A DNA stretch of 64,000 nt, taken from assembly GCA_964016885.1 (NCBI GenBank), contig OZ024742.1, positions 90,954,001-91,018,000 on the forward strand, given 5' to 3'. The notes beneath the pieces are model-generated. The model worked only from the letters and a program-made list of their open reading frames with translations, was not told the origin of the DNA and did not search any database. Origin of the DNA: Eledone cirrhosa (Eukaryota). Both the position numbers and the translations under genes were made by a program. This document shows positions 1 through 14,470 of the stretch, piece after piece (within the stretch, counting starts at the first letter, position 1; every line of letters begins with the position of its first letter).

Positions 1-236
1 AATCTCATCTCATCCGTCTTCATGATGTAAAGTCTAACACCAAGATGCGCTCAAAATAAACTCATCTGCACTAAATGCGGCTTGATGTACATCAGCAGCT
101 AGAATAAAGTGACATTTAAGACATAACCATAAAAGATTGTACTGAGAAGACTGTTGCACCCACATATGTCGATATACGACGGGAGAGTCCAACATATATA
201 TATACATATATATACATATATGGGTAATTGTGTGTG

Positions 237-283
<47 letters not shown>

Positions 284-667
284 GGGTATGTATGTGTGAG
301 CCCATATACATACATTGTAGAAGATACCTTTTCTAATCCAGATGATTTATTACGTGAGACGAGACAATAGGAATTTATTTCTTGTCAAGTTGTAAAAATG
401 ACAAGAGTATATCTGTCAAACAAAAAAGAAAACTACAAGTGATTTTTATTAGGTAGGTTTAACTAGTCATTTGCATTCTGTATGACGTTACATATATATA
501 TATATATATACATGTGTGTGTGTGTGCGTCTGTGTGGTTTTAGGCATTGGACCGCTGCCTTAATATGCCATATTTAATATCAATCATATCGGCCCCCCCA
601 GTACTAATTTTATCGATGTCTATTACTCAAATCACTAGGTTATGGATACCAACATTATCACGCGCAC

Positions 668-708
<41 letters not shown>

Positions 709-1403
709 TTGTGTGTGTGTATTTGTGTGTGTGTGTGTTTGTGGGTTCGTGTATTGGCGCACTGGGTCTAATAATATTGGTTGTCAGGAGGAGACAAATG
801 GGCCCACCCACAACTACAATACTATCATTTAATTTTTGTATCAAATAAATAGTTTTTTTTTTTAAAATCCAGTGTGTGTGTGTTTATATACATTTGTGTG
901 TGTGTTTGTATACATTTGTGTGTATATATATATATATATATACAACGCACTTCGGCGCAATTTCAGTGATCCGCTTGAATTACACTTAATGAGTACTCAT
1001 CAACACGAGTGTTATTGAACCCGAGACGACGCGGTCACGAAGATCCCTTCTTAACCACACAGCTATAGCCGCGCCTATAAAAATAAACATTTAAGAGTTG
1101 GAGCTTGCTAATAGTTTATATTCTCACGCGGTGACAATGACTAATATATTTAATTTATTACAATTTTCTTTATACAATACATGAGTATGAATTTACATAG
1201 TGAAATGTGGGACTATCATATTTTGTTTTCTCATTTGGATGGGTTTTTTTTAATATCAAACAGGTGAAAGGGCATTGGATTCGCTTACTGTGTCTGGAGA
1301 GTCATAGTAGATTAAGTAGATTAAGATCTAAGTTCAAATCGTGCTGCCGATTTGACAAACTGTTTTTATTTTCATTAATTCCGCTTCCTGAAACCAATGA
1401 AAT

Positions 1404-1600
1404 CGTGGGTGGCTGAAAAGTTCATAGGCTATCTATGAAGGGTTGATACTAGAACTGTGAAATTTTGCACGCATTAATTTCATCTCCCCTAATTAATAAC
1501 TACATAGTTTCTTTCCAGGGACGATGTTGAAAAGTGAACCTCATTCGGTCATTTCATGAGAGTTATTTGGTCAGCCTATGAACTTTTTAGTCGACTCTCG
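1404..1600. mobile_element. Tc1/mariner-type MITE (degenerate)
   Basis: Terminal inverted repeats CGTGGGTGGCTGAAAAGTTCATAGGCT (1404-1430) and AGCCTATGAACTTTTTAGTCGACTCTCG (1573-1600); non-coding interior. Confidence 0.55.
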
Positions 1601-2214
1601 AATGCTAGCATGTAATAACGAGGGGTCGATTTTTGTAGGCATGCCTGAAATCATTATCAACTTTTTAGGTGGTCATATTTAGAGTGTACGAGGTCAACTT
1701 TGCTTTTCATCCATATGCGATCGATAAAGAAATTACCAGTCATGTACTGGGTGTCCTTCTTCCTCTATATTTGTTTATTATTTCCAGTCGCCCGCTTTCT
1801 GTCATTCTGTGGAAGAAATCTGCTGAAATCCGACCAGGAGAGAGATGGGCTCTGCCAGATTTTTAAATGACCTAGAAAGGGCCGTATTTCAACACGGCAC
1901 CCCAACAATCCCCTCAGGAATTATGGGACTATGCATATGTATTTGTTAAGATGATTTGTGGTGTGCAAGTTACATTACTTTACGTTCTATATTTAAATGG
2001 TGCTGCAGGTGGGCGTCACTTTTCATCTTTCTCGAAGATTAAGTATTTATTAAATACGATTTTAGTCGATTGTACCTAATTCCACTGTGTTCCAGGTATG
2101 AGTGAGAGGAAGAGAAACTGCACAAAATCAGCCTACAGGGCATGTCGCATTTCGTTACATCTTACGATTAGTTTCAAATACAATTAGTTTCCACATTACC
2201 TTTCATTATTTTGT

Positions 2215-2424
2215 CCGAGGTTAACTTTGCCTTTCATCCTTACGGGGTCGATAAAATAAAGTACCAGTAATGCACTGGGTAATTGCTGGCCTTGTGCCAA
2301 AAGTAGAAACAATTATTTTGTCCGAAGTCAACTTTGCCTTTCATCCTTACGGTCCGATAAAATAAAGTACCAGTAATGTACTGGGTAATTGCTGGCCTTG
2401 TGCCAAAAGTAGAAACAATTATTT
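2215..2424 (+). mobile_element. Two tandem 3' halves of an abundant SINE (family E)
   Basis: Motif AACTTTGCCTTTCATCCTTACGG...GATAAAATAAAGTACCAGTAATG...GGCCTTGTGCCAAAAGTAGAAACAATTATT occurs twice here and again at about 25170, 43600-44140 and 63053. Confidence 0.75.
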
Positions 2425-2920
2425 TGTGGACGCTAGAAAGATTGCTAATCCGATACTGAGTTCAATTTAACCGATTGCTTTCTCCACCCAAATTATTTAT
2501 GTTCTCCAATAGACACTAAGAATTCTGGACACAATGTATCTTTATGATGACCAGGTAGTTAGTAGTTATTTAATAGAAACTTAAAACACTAAACTGAATA
2601 GACGCCTAAATATATTTACATTCTCCTCCAATTATAATCTCAGATCATGCAAAGATAATTACGAATTAAATTCCAGTACTAATCAAGGTTTACATCAACA
2701 TATGTACCTAACAAAGCATAGGAGCCGAAATAATCTGAAATTAAAAGCCTTCAGTTAACTCAGATATTATCTCTAGCACGTCCAACTGTTTAGAACATGA
2801 TTATACGTAAGATTTTTACATAGAATTGATATGGTCCATCAAGTGTTGTATAAATGCAAGTGTTCTTTCGTAACAGGAAAGTAGTAGTTGTGTTAGTTAT
2901 CCACTGTGTCAAGTGAGCAC

Positions 2921-2951
<31 letters not shown>

Positions 2952-3899
2952 GGACGAGTTAAGTATAATTAGTTACAAGAGTGACATCATATGAATGTAC
3001 GTAAGTTTCGTTGGGTTATTCACCCCAATTCATTCACCCTTTTATCTAAATAAAGATTGAGGTAGCCATCTTTTTTTATTTAACAGCCATAGTATAATGA
3101 ATGTATGTGACTTAGTAGATAGATTGTTCAACTAATAATCGTACGGTTGTGAGTTCTGTTCACAAGGTGGCGTGTTGTGGCCGCCAGTAAGACACTTTTT
3201 TTTCCACGATGCTCCAGTCCAATCAGCTGACAAAAATGAGTTGGACCTGTAATTAAAATTGTCAACATTGTCACATATTGTGACACACTGAATCTTTTTG
3301 AGAACTACGTTAAGGGTACATGTGTATGGAAAGCGCAGCCACTTACACATTATTATCTGGAGAAGGATGTTCAGTTGTGGAACACTGTAGAGCTTGGAAA
3401 TTATGAAGATCCAAAAACAACATATAAATATATATGATATTATATATGTTTGTGTTATAAGTCATTCTGCACTGTATTTTCTTATAGTTTGCTGTAATTT
3501 GCTTCAAGAGAAGAGTTAGTCAACACCCCATGAGTTGACATCTGTCAGATGTCAACTGAAGAGCATACGGATAAAGATCATTACGGATAAAGATGGAATT
3601 ACATTGAGGCTAGTTTAGGAACTATAAACTTATGTATAAAATGTCTAATATTGACAACCGAAAGGTTAAACATTGCTACCGCACATATACTCACACAAAC
3701 GTAGACACACATACACATACATACACAGACACCCGTATATATATATATGTTTATATATATGCGTATGATTTTGTCAATGTAGGCTGACTGTTGCATAAAT
3801 ATAATCACAAAGAGAGACATTGAAACATTTAGACTTTGATGCATACTAGTATAAACACACGTCCGCCTATGTGTGTGTGTGTGTGTATGTGTGTGTATC

Positions 3900-4102
3900 A
3901 TCCAGAGTTGACACTGCACTCAGTGCTCATGTAGGAGCCCCTGCATGGACACACTGGAAGAGGAAGACCGAAGTTAACATATGTTGATGCCCTAAGAACA
4001 GACATTGGTCTGTTGGAACGCAGGACATGGCGGCAATAATGAGGGACAGAGACCGTTGGAGAGAGCTCGCCCATGGATCTCATTATCGCCGCCATGTCCT
4101 GC
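3900..4102 (+). mobile_element. RTE-clade LINE ORF C-terminal fragment
   Basis: Translates to PLHGHTGRGRPKLTYVDALRTD...DMAAIMRDRDRWRELAH, matching the GRP...DR..WR tail typical of RTE ORFs. Confidence 0.6.
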
Positions 4103-5868
4103 AATTTAACCTGTCCGTCCGTCCAGCGCCCGACGACGCTGTTGGACGGCATGGACTTGCCTCTCCAGGTGCCGAGCTGCATGCCCACCGACTTTTCCTG
4201 GTTGATCATTGCTCCTGTCACCGCTTCGTATTCTCTTAGTGTAGTGCCGATCGCCTCGATGTGTTTGGCGTTCGACACCACTACGGTGACATCGTCCGCA
4301 TATACTGACACGGATCTTCCGCATCCTAGTTCGCGCGGGACCGCCCCCCCCCCTCCTCAACGTCTCCAGTTTGTGCAGTAATGGCTCGAGAGTCAATATG
4401 TACAAGAGGGACGAGAGGGGACTTACTTGGCGGACCGAGTGCATGATGTTGAACGGTTCCTGAAAGGTGACCATTCACTCTTACAATAGAGCAGATCACG
4501 CTGTGCATGGCAGCGATCCAGCCTCTGAAGACGGGCACAAAGCCAGCCGCCCTCAGTACTGCCCCCAGATAATGATGGTCGACCCTATCGTAAGCTTTCG
4601 ACTGATCTAAATTGATCAAGGACCCACTCGTGTCAGGTTCCATAGCTACCCTCTCCACGATGTATCGCATGTGGTGGAGGTTGTCGTGGATGGATCTGTC
4701 TGCAATGGCGCATGTCTGCGCTTCTCCCACCAGACCACGAACGACAAGCACCAACCTCTTTGCTAGCACCTTGGCGAAAATCTTGAACTCTGTGTTTAGC
4801 AGAGTTATGAGTCTGAAATTATCTATGTTATCCCCCTTGTTCGGAGCCTTTCTCAGCAACGCCACCGCTCCTCGGCTCACAGAGCTGGGAATTCTCCCGT
4901 TCTGTTGCCAGTTGCAGCAGACGTCCGCCAAGAGTCCTCCGAACAAGTCCGGCATCTGTACGTAAAGTTCATAGGGCAGACCATCCAAACCAGGCGATTT
5001 ACCCCTTGTGAAGCTAGTCATTGCCTCCCGTACTTCAGCTGCTGTTATCGGCTTTTCGCAACACTCCGCCTGAGTGGCCGAGAGCCGCGGAAGTCCGTCG
5101 AGGTAGGCACTAAAGTCCATCCCTCGATCCGGCCCGCCGCTGCTCATTGAACGGCTTTCCTCCCCTCGTGTCTGAGAGCACGCACCCTAGCTCTGACAAC
5201 GCAGCCTTCGTGCTTTGCATTGAAGAATTGGTTAAGGGCCAATTTCGCCGCAAGTACGTGTGTCGCGATGCCTTTGCTAAGAGCCTCGTCTAATTTTCTA
5301 ACGAGTTCTCTCTCTGCTCTATTTTTCTCTATTGCTAAAGCCTTACTAAACCTAATGGACTCTATTCTAATCGCTCTTTTCAGAGCAAACCACCATTTGT
5401 TGTTGACGATGGCCCCCGTCAACGCCCGCTTAACTAGTTCGCTAATCCGGTCTCTGTAGGCCTTGCGCGCTGTTAATGACGCGTTTAGCTTCCAGTAGCC
5501 GGGTCCCTGTCTATGAAGCCTATCTAAGTCAACCACACAGTTCACGAATTTGTGGTCCGTGTAGCTGACTATCTTGAATTGTGGACAGCCTATGCTAGAC
5601 CTATCTATTTCCCTACAAAATAGTCTATCTAGATATGATCTGGATGACCCGATGCGGTTTGTCCAAGTCCACATTAGCACATTTGGGAAATCCAATCGGT
5701 ACCTGTCCGACAGTTGAAAACGCCTGAGTAAGTTTGTGAGGCTTTTACACCCTCCTCCCCTTATCCGCTAATCCGACACAATCTCAGCGTGCATCTAAGA
5801 TCCCATTCCAGTCGCCCACCAACACTAGAGAGCGGGACGTTCCAAGAAAGGTCTCCAGACAACTGAAA
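4103..5868 (-). mobile_element. Tx1/L1-clade non-LTR retrotransposon ORF2 fragment (APE endonuclease + RT), disrupted
   Basis: ORFs 5144-5695, 4326-5147 and 3898-4311 carry WTWTN..SSRSYLDRLF, TDHK, GPGYWKLN, KSPGLDGLPYELY, LDQSKAYDRVDH and YADD; frameshifts and stops. Confidence 0.88.
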
Positions 5869-5989
5869 TATTGTACATGGTGAAAGATGAGACGAAAACA
5901 TGCGCACTAAACAGTATATAGTGGCTTCAATGGATAAAAAAAAACGCTAGAAAGTGCAGCCCATAACCATTCAACTTTAGAAGCTCAAT

Positions 5990-6200
5990 AAAAAATTAGT
6001 TAGGAGTCAAAAATATTAGATGAAAAAAACGTATCGATTACCTCCCTTTGCTTTTGGCGAGATTAGTAAGTGACGTTGTCACTACTTTAAAACTCATAGC
6101 GAATGGTCTTCAAAATATTTTAAAATAAACATACAGTATATTATCAAATATACTATACGTACATCGCATAGACACATCGCTATTTCTGAGCACCAATAGA
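5990..6200 (+). mobile_element. Decayed 3' part of fold-back family B, with an inverted partner at about 7095-7170
   Basis: GTCACTACTTTAAAAC...CATCGCTATTTCTGAGCACCAAT is homologous to 46270-46386; 7103-7167 is its reverse complement. Confidence 0.6.
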
Positions 6201-6411
6201 TATATATATATATGTATATGAGATATTTATTTAATAATGTCTCATATAAAATAATACAACCAATTATCCACGAAATACTGATTAGTTAGCACCCCAAACA
6301 CTAAATTGGGATAATACTTTGGTATATCCTAATGTTTGTTGAGTGAGATGGAGTTGGTCGGACTATCGCTTAACGCTTTCTCTGTTTATGTATTGTATAT
6401 ATATATATATA

Positions 6412-7088
6412 AAATTAATTTAATTTAATTAAATTAAGGGAGTCATGTCCAAAGACATGCGCCATATCCACCGTAGAATAAGCTGAAAGATTCCAATGAA
6501 TAGATCCGAGCATTTTATATCAACTAGTAATTTATTGACATATATATATTTAAAATAAACACATGAAACCATCACAGGGGATAATTTTTAAAGTGTGTAA
6601 TCACACATAGTTATGTAGGTAACTAATTAAAGTTTAACTAGAGCTTCAAATATTATCTTTTTAAAAAATGATTAATCCTCCTTATATATATTTCATTAAA
6701 GAAATATATTTCACCGTTAATCCGGAAAGTCACAGTAGTCAAATCTTGGATGTTCAGCAGGGGGGGGGGGGGGGGGGGGGAAATTTAACGATCTGTGTTT
6801 ACACATCAAATGCAAATCTGCGAGTGAGCCATCGCACGTGTTGCATTTGACTACTGTGACTTTACGGATTAACGGTGAATATATTCTTGTATATATTTCT
6901 TTAATGAAATATTTACAAGGAGGATTAATCATTTTTTGAAAAGGTAATATTTGAAGCTCTAGTTAAACTTTAATTAGTTACCTACATAACTATGCGTGAT
7001 TACACACTTTACAAATTATCCCCTATGATTGTTTCATGTCTTTATTTTAAATATATATATGTCAATCAATTTCTAGTTGATATATATA
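6412..7088 (-). mobile_element. Fold-back element family A (about 230-bp inverted arms, G-run spacer, about 100-bp unique tail)
   Basis: 6516-6745 is the reverse complement of 6845-7084; tail 6412-6515 is homologous to the reverse complement of 19216-19302; TA-rich flanks. Confidence 0.8.
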
Positions 7089-9331
7089 AATATTTGGAAT
7101 TAGTATTGGTCCTCTGAAATAGCGATGTATGTATGAATGTACGTATAGTATATTTGATAATATTCTGTATGTTTATTTAGTACAACTTCGATATATATAT
7201 TATATATATATATATATATGGAGGTTGTACTTTTTTCGAAAATAGATTCCTCTGAGTTATTTTTAGCTATTCAATAAAACAAAAATCCCGAAAGCTAGAC
7301 ATTCATCTTTCGCCAATCTCATATTACTGACTATTAAGAAGTGTCAAAATGTTTAGTCTAGATGAAATTCTTCTAATATTATATCTGTGATTAATTTCTT
7401 GATTGTTAACCAATTTTTCAAATCCAGATTATATGAAAAATAACAGTTCTACAGAACTACTTAGTTTGTAAAGATGTTGGTTTGACACTTTGACTATCAA
7501 CTGTGTTTTCTATATTTAGATGTTATCGAAAACAGAAAGCAATAGGGAGCAAAAGACAAAATATTTCAGTGTATTTTATACCCCCAGAGCATGAAACAAA
7601 TTAAATAAATAAATATGAGCTAACAAACAAAACTTGTACATATTAAATCGATGTGCTAGATGCCGCAACAAAACATCAATGGAATGCTCCCCAACCATCT
7701 TCAAGAAATACATCGGCTTGCATCACTCAGGTTCCTCAAAAGCAAAAGAATATATGATTTGGGCTTGAAGGATTACGATTATACACTTCTTAGATTAGAG
7801 CTGGCCTGGAACTAAACAACAATAATAAAAACAAATGCTTTGATCAGCATTTACTAATGGCATTTAGAAAATTGTGTACCATCATTGGTCAAACCAATCA
7901 ATGTAAAATTAAAACGTGTCAAGTATATAAAACGTGGCAGTCCAGAATTGATGATTCACTACTGATACAGTATGGTCCTTCTAAAGATATACTCAAACAT
8001 ATACATAAACTGAAATATCCATTGGTTAAACATCTCATATAATGTATACATATGATATATATTGATTTAATCAATCGGCCCACTTTAAATGAAAAACATA
8101 TTTACCTAAATTTTAAAATGAACTTATTACAAGGAACTTGATAACTGGTTGAATAAAAGACATTTAGCTAATAACTATCCTTCTATTTCAAACCACCAAC
8201 AAGATGGTAGTATGTGATATACTTAACACACCATTAGGTTCATAACTTGTACCTGATCCTTGGATGCATTTAGCAAACTTGACTGTGTTTCAAACATTCG
8301 GTTCAAGTTAACATTGATTCAGTGATATTCTTACTGGATATCGGCTGCATCAATTTTACTGGTCTTAGAGGGTCTTCAAACGATGTTAATCCCTGAATAA
8401 CATTTAAACACATATTTAAAAAATATTTACTCATAAATTTGTTATGACAAATCAGTCATAATTATGCAAAAATTTTAATTGAGAAAAAAAAAAAGAAAAA
8501 ATATTGTATTGTAATAAGAAGATTAGGGAGAATAGAGTGGAAGAAATCAAATTGATGTCATGACACTTTATACATATTAAAACTCCGAACATTAATATGA
8601 ATAAGAATATCTATTATGTCTTATTTCTTCATTTATCTTGTGTAATGATCAAAAACACATATAGCATAGAATATATGGATTAAGAAGTATATACAAATAA
8701 TCGCAAGCTATTAATGAATATGAAAGAGAAATGGGGAAAATCTATGGCTTGAAATTAAATAAGAAATTATCAAGATAACAGGAAAATAATTTCAAAAGAT
8801 GGTTTCAAAAATATACATCCTATGTAATTTTAGGTAGAGATTCGATCCTGCTGAGAAAATGATTGTTGCCCGATTAAAATTGTTTTGTAGCTCTAATATC
8901 AACATGATTTGTGACATACCATTGAGTATCGTATTTCGGCTGAATTTTGCTGTTGTTTAAACCCACGTCAAATCTGATTGTGCAAATATATAATCAAAAT
9001 CATTCAAGCAACGGTTGTGATGTTAGCTAGGATCATTATTTATTAGAAGGGTGCAACAGTCTTTCTGGATTTCTTGATCATTTAGTGATACCGATCGTTT
9101 AGTGATACTAAATGTCATCATTAGTGTCCGTATCAAAGTTATTAATACCATCAAACTGGTATTTATGTTATATTTTACCGACTCTGTATAACGGTGTTTC
9201 TTTTTAGGAAAAAATCTAGAGCACCAGCCGTAACCATTACCATCTATCTATCTAATCTCTCTCTCCTCACACACACTCTCTCTCTCTCTCTCGAGCCCTC
9301 TTTGGATTTTAGTCTTCAAATTTATTATTAT

Positions 9332-9367
<36 letters not shown>

Positions 9368-9417
9368 AAACAAACGACACAGTACAATATGTATAACAAA
9401 GCAAACGACACAGTACA

Positions 9418-9448
<31 letters not shown>

Positions 9449-11419
9449 CGTCGACACTCTTATATTTACATAAAACGATAGATGTTTTTCATCAGATTTA
9501 TTTGTCGTTTATCATATCCTGTGACTTATTTTGAGGTTTATCATCCACCAATAATCAATAAGATATGTTACATCCCCATACGAATTGTATGATTTTTTTA
9601 AATATCACAGCAAATGAATGATGCAGAATGCATAATTACTAATTATAGTATTTATTATTTACAAATATAGAAATAGATTTATAGAAATATAAATATGTAG
9701 AAATGTTGAAACAACAGAGAGAGAGAACAAGTCGCCAGTGCACTTCCTTAATAACCACAATAAATAGGTTTACAATATTCGCATCAGTTACCATTGCCAT
9801 AGGGACGTTAATCAATTTACATGTTCATGTTTGTAATGCTTTAGTTAGGAGGAAAGTGTTGTGGCCATGGCCTTTATAGTCCCTTACAGAGAGGTGAGAT
9901 TTTTGCGAGGTGATATTTTTGAATGAATGCTAGTCGAGAAAGAGAGTAGTGGGTGAATTCATGAGAATTGATAACTGGAGAAGATTCTGAGAAAAAATTT
10001 GTTGGTCTATGGACGTGTGTGGTAGAGACAATATGGACAATGAGAAAATAATAAACAAGTGATTCGTGCGAGCATAGGTGGAGGCGGAAGAGGGCCTACT
10101 ATCTGCGGGACGAAACCAAGTTATTTGTGACTGAAAAGGTATAGTGAGGAGACATATGTTGATGTATTGGCGGAGAACCTTATCAAAATTAATTGAGAGA
10201 CATTCTTTTAGATACAGTTTAGATTGTCTGTATATGTAGCAACGGGATCATATCAGATGTGGGAGAAATCCTCAATTGTGTCTCACCTAAGTTTTATAGT
10301 GAATCAACAATTGTCTGGAGATGATTATTTGGCCCTAAAGGGGAAGGCCAAACAGCAGATTAGCAGAAGGTTCAACAGAAATTGTAAAGCTTAGCATTTG
10401 TAGTGGTTTTAAAAGTTCTATTTTACTAAACATTTTAGTATTGCTGCCATTTTAGGATAGCAGAAATGCGCGAAGGTGAGGCCCTTATACGGTCGCTCTT
10501 GTCTATTAAAAATAGCCACCAAATCGCCATCAAATACCCTATAGCTTAAAAAAGAAAGAACATTGGATAATATAATTTTAGAGACACATCTAGAACTGTG
10601 ATTATGTCAATTCGATCAGACTGAAACACGAGTAAACAACAATGCCAAAGATACTATTTAGCCACACAATGTTTCCAGATAACTACAGTGTTGTATGTAG
10701 TTGCTGTTGTTATTGTTTAGACTAAGGTCAACATTGATCTAGCTGACTTTTAATTAAATTCATTGCATCTGAAACAATTCAGTTTCGTTATTTCAGACCT
10801 AGTGTATGTAGGGGATTATTATTCAATGTATTATACATTTCTTCCTTCTTTATCTTTTAAGGGTGTGATTAAAAAGCGACTCGGCAACTGTTTCAAGCTG
10901 ATCCAGTAACCACTTACAGTTGTTTTTCTTCTTTGAACAGTAGTGTGGTATTATAATTTCATATCCAAAGAAATGTGTAAACTTAAATGATCTCCTACAA
11001 AATGTGCATTACTTCGAGCATAAATTTCAATGTACCCAGTTTTTGCCTATGTTCTCCCTTAATTTTGTTAACTACAAAACTCTGCTATGTCATTTGTCTT
11101 AATTATATATGTATACTTTTGGCAAAGTGGCAGGGGTGTAATAGTGATACAAAGTGGCTCTCGGAGGTTTAAACACTGGCGGAGCACAAATCTGATCACA
11201 GTCGTTATTTTTAAGAGAAGGAGAAAATGTGAGAGAGTAACTGAGTAAGAAATATGGAGGACGAATTGACTCCAGTATTGTACTGGTAATTCTTTCATCG
11301 ACCTCGAAATAATGAAAAGCAAATTTGAACTTGGCAGGATTTAAACTCTGAGCCCAGTTAGCCGGAAGGAGTACCGCAAAACATTCTATCCGCATAAGGT
11401 GGATAGTTCTCCTTCTTGT

Positions 11420-12790
11420 CATGTAATGCCATTATATTCGCATCTGCTGGCCATCTGATTTCCACAATTGTGCATGGCTTCTCATTTTCGGCCCCATATT
11501 CATATGTCTGGTCTGTTATGCTTGTAATTTACTGGGATTTTGACTGGAACATTCCTCCAATGCATTATGTCCTCAACATCATTATTACGTTTTAGATGTT
11601 AACTTTCAGGCCTATCTTTTCTTAGTATTGCATTGTATAGTGTTTTGGCCAGTTCATCATGCCGCATGGGGAGACTGCATCGTGATGACATTTTGGACAA
11701 CTACTTATGATGTGGGAAACATCCACACTGATTATTCTGGACTGTCTGCATCTGTTGTCATATCTTGGTGTTTTGTCTGCAACCCTATCTCTTTTGTGCA
11801 TCAGGTTATTCGTTGCTATTTCCTGGTTTTTTCTTATTACAAAAGCATATCCTTAAAAGTGAGAGCCAATATACCGGTTGTTGGTTCAAGATAGATTACT
11901 TTGTTTATCTGTATTACTCACATTTTGAAGTTTTCTGGCCACTTAGACAAGAATATTTTGTTGATAACGACGCAGCTTTTCATCCGCAGTGCTGTATTTA
12001 CCCCAGTATGAGTTACTGGTTATCATGCTGGGAATATTTCTTCAGGAGCTCCTTCCCAAATCTCATGTAGACAGCCTTGTTCTATAGAGTGGCCTCGAAA
12101 GTTGGTGGTTCGTACATGTTGTCGGAGGGATATTGTGCGACACTGAAATGCTGTGTTATGTCTCTACCTCTCTGTTTATGTTTCAAGTAGTAGCACTCCA
12201 TATGACTGTTTATATGTAAATTTCCGGTGCCGGCTAGAACATTTCAGATTTTAACATCAATAGCTGGGATAGTCCAAATGTTGGTGTCACCACAGGCACA
12301 GCAAACACATCGTAAGCTACAGATGTATTGTGCTCAGACAGGTTAAAAAACCACGTTTCTTATTTATGTGTTATATTCCCTGTTTACTCCTTTTTCTTGT
12401 TACAAATTCCATAATAGGATATATTTCTACCTGACCTTAAATATCTCTAGGATTTCTAGTGTGAGTCCGTTGAAACAGTCAGGCCATTGATAAAGATGTT
12501 GCTAGATTGGCTTGTAATTTTCCCTCGCTTTAAAATCATAAAGAAACATTTATCCTTGTGAAACACCATTCTTATATCATTCGAGAACTTCGTAACCAGT
12601 AACATGCATTCTTGCTATACAGTTTCAGGTCATCCACAAAGAATCGATGTGTTAGGTTCGTGTTTCTGGCCCCCTGTGAAGCAATTACGTATCGTTCATA
12701 TTTCTTCAGCATAATGATCAAGGTGTTTACTGAGAGTATAAATAGTATCACAAAGACACTGTCTCATTGAAACATGCCCATGCGATATTC
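11420..12790 (-). mobile_element. Old, heavily decayed R4/Dong-like RLE LINE
   Basis: Contains FFVDD (tcatccacaaagaa, about 12630) and nucleotide similarity to the younger copies at 28.6-30.4 kb (e.g. gagccaatataccggttgttggt). Confidence 0.6.
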
Positions 12791-13289
12791 CTTTTTATTT
12801 GTGACAATATATTCCTTTTTGTGAACCCTGCAATGGCTTTTAGAGCTTGATAAAGACATGCATGTTTTGTTGCATAAAATGTATTGGAATCCCTTCCTTC
12901 CATCATTCAGCTCTTGAATCTGATCTGGGTCATGAACATGTATATTTGAATGCCTTACACGCCTTGACCTGTTGGCAAATTCTGTCCCACAATTGCCTGC
13001 TTAGGTGACTTCTATATTCAGCTTATGTCCGGCATATTCAACCACACAGTTCGCATACAGTTCGCATGATATAAAGAGGTCTCCACATGTTGGCCATTCT
13101 TGTCTGCACACTTAATGCTAGCCTATTCCGAAATAGATTCGTGAAAAACAATTACAGGATTAGGAATACCGGTGTGCCACACGTTTCTATTTAATGCCAT
13201 CACATCCCATTTTGCATTGTGTTAATGAATCTTTCACACAATCCTTGAAATGCAATTCTGCCCCCCCCCCTTCTCTGTCTTTCTTTCTC

Positions 13290-14190
13290 TTCTAAGCATC
13301 TGAAGTGACCTTGTCGTCCAATGTCGTCCAATTAACACAATCAAGAACATATAACACAACTGGTAGGATGTAAATATCGAAGATCTTAGCCTTCAAGTGA
13401 TAGGAAACTCGTTTTGATGTTAGTACATCCTTATTCCTGTTGAAAGCTGCCCAACCTAGATCGATGCGATACTGCACAGTGACCATTCCGTTGTTGTTTC
13501 ATGATAGTTTGTTACCGAGATATACAAACACCGTAACTTGAGCAATTTGCTGGTTGTAGATTGTGAGTTGAAGATTGGCATTGTTTTTATCAGTTGTCAT
13601 ACACTTTGCTTTGGACATGTTGATGTGTAAACCAGCCTCTAGAGAATATTTGGACAGTATATTCAGAAAGTTTTGCAGATAAGTTCTAGAGTAACTCGTG
13701 ATGGCCAGATCGTTTGCATAGCTAAGATTTTATAGGATTTTACCTCCTATTTATCGGGGGAGCATTCTTCTTCAGTTTGGTAGATAAGTGCAGCTACAAC
13801 TGTACAGAAAAGAAGTGCTGCTAGTACATCCCCTTGCTTAGCTCCCTTCAAGATTTCTATACACTGTGTAGTTCCCAAATTTGTCTTGATATATGCTGTT
13901 GAGTTGGTGTAAGTTTCTTTCAGTAAATTGATATATTTCTTGTCAATTGTTTAAGAGTTGCCACAAGCTGGTTAGTTTCACATTGTCAAAAGCTTTTGTG
14001 AGGTTAATGAAGGTGATGTGCACAGGGTTGTCGAATTCTAATGATTTCTCAATGATTTGTTCAATAGCTAAGATCTGCTCAATGGTGCCTCTTCCAGGTT
14101 GATACGCAGCTTGTGTTTCAGGAAGTGAGGTGTAAAGGTCAGACTTCACTCGTGCTGAAATGATACTTATAAAAAGCTTGGAGTCTTGTA
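13290..14190 (-). mobile_element. RTE-like LINE reverse transcriptase fragment
   Basis: QAAYQPGRGTIEQILAIEQIIEKS...FINLTKAFD, GAKQGDVL, YANDLA, YILPVVLY. Confidence 0.75.
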
Positions 14191-14390
14191 CCAGGTATTA
14201 ATTTACCATAAAGGACAAGATTTGGGATCCTGCTGTGTTCAGATCTAAAATTGTGGCCTACCCATCGGAGTCGGTGCTTATGGATATGAGCTTGAATGCT
14301 GACTGCAACTAATTCAATGACTAATGTGTGTGAACTCTAAAATGTTAGACAGTCAACACTGTTGAAACCGTTCCTGTCCTGTGATAGACA

Positions 14391-14467
<77 letters not shown>

Positions 14468-14470
14468 TAT

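Noticed and set aside
7660-7815. Unlisted 51-aa plus-strand ORF MPQQNINGMLPNH...
   Set aside because: Short, no homology recognised and no splice support.
9700-10450. Possible decayed CR1/L2-like LINE 3' end on the minus strand
   Set aside because: Composition is suggestive but no intact diagnostic motif could be read.
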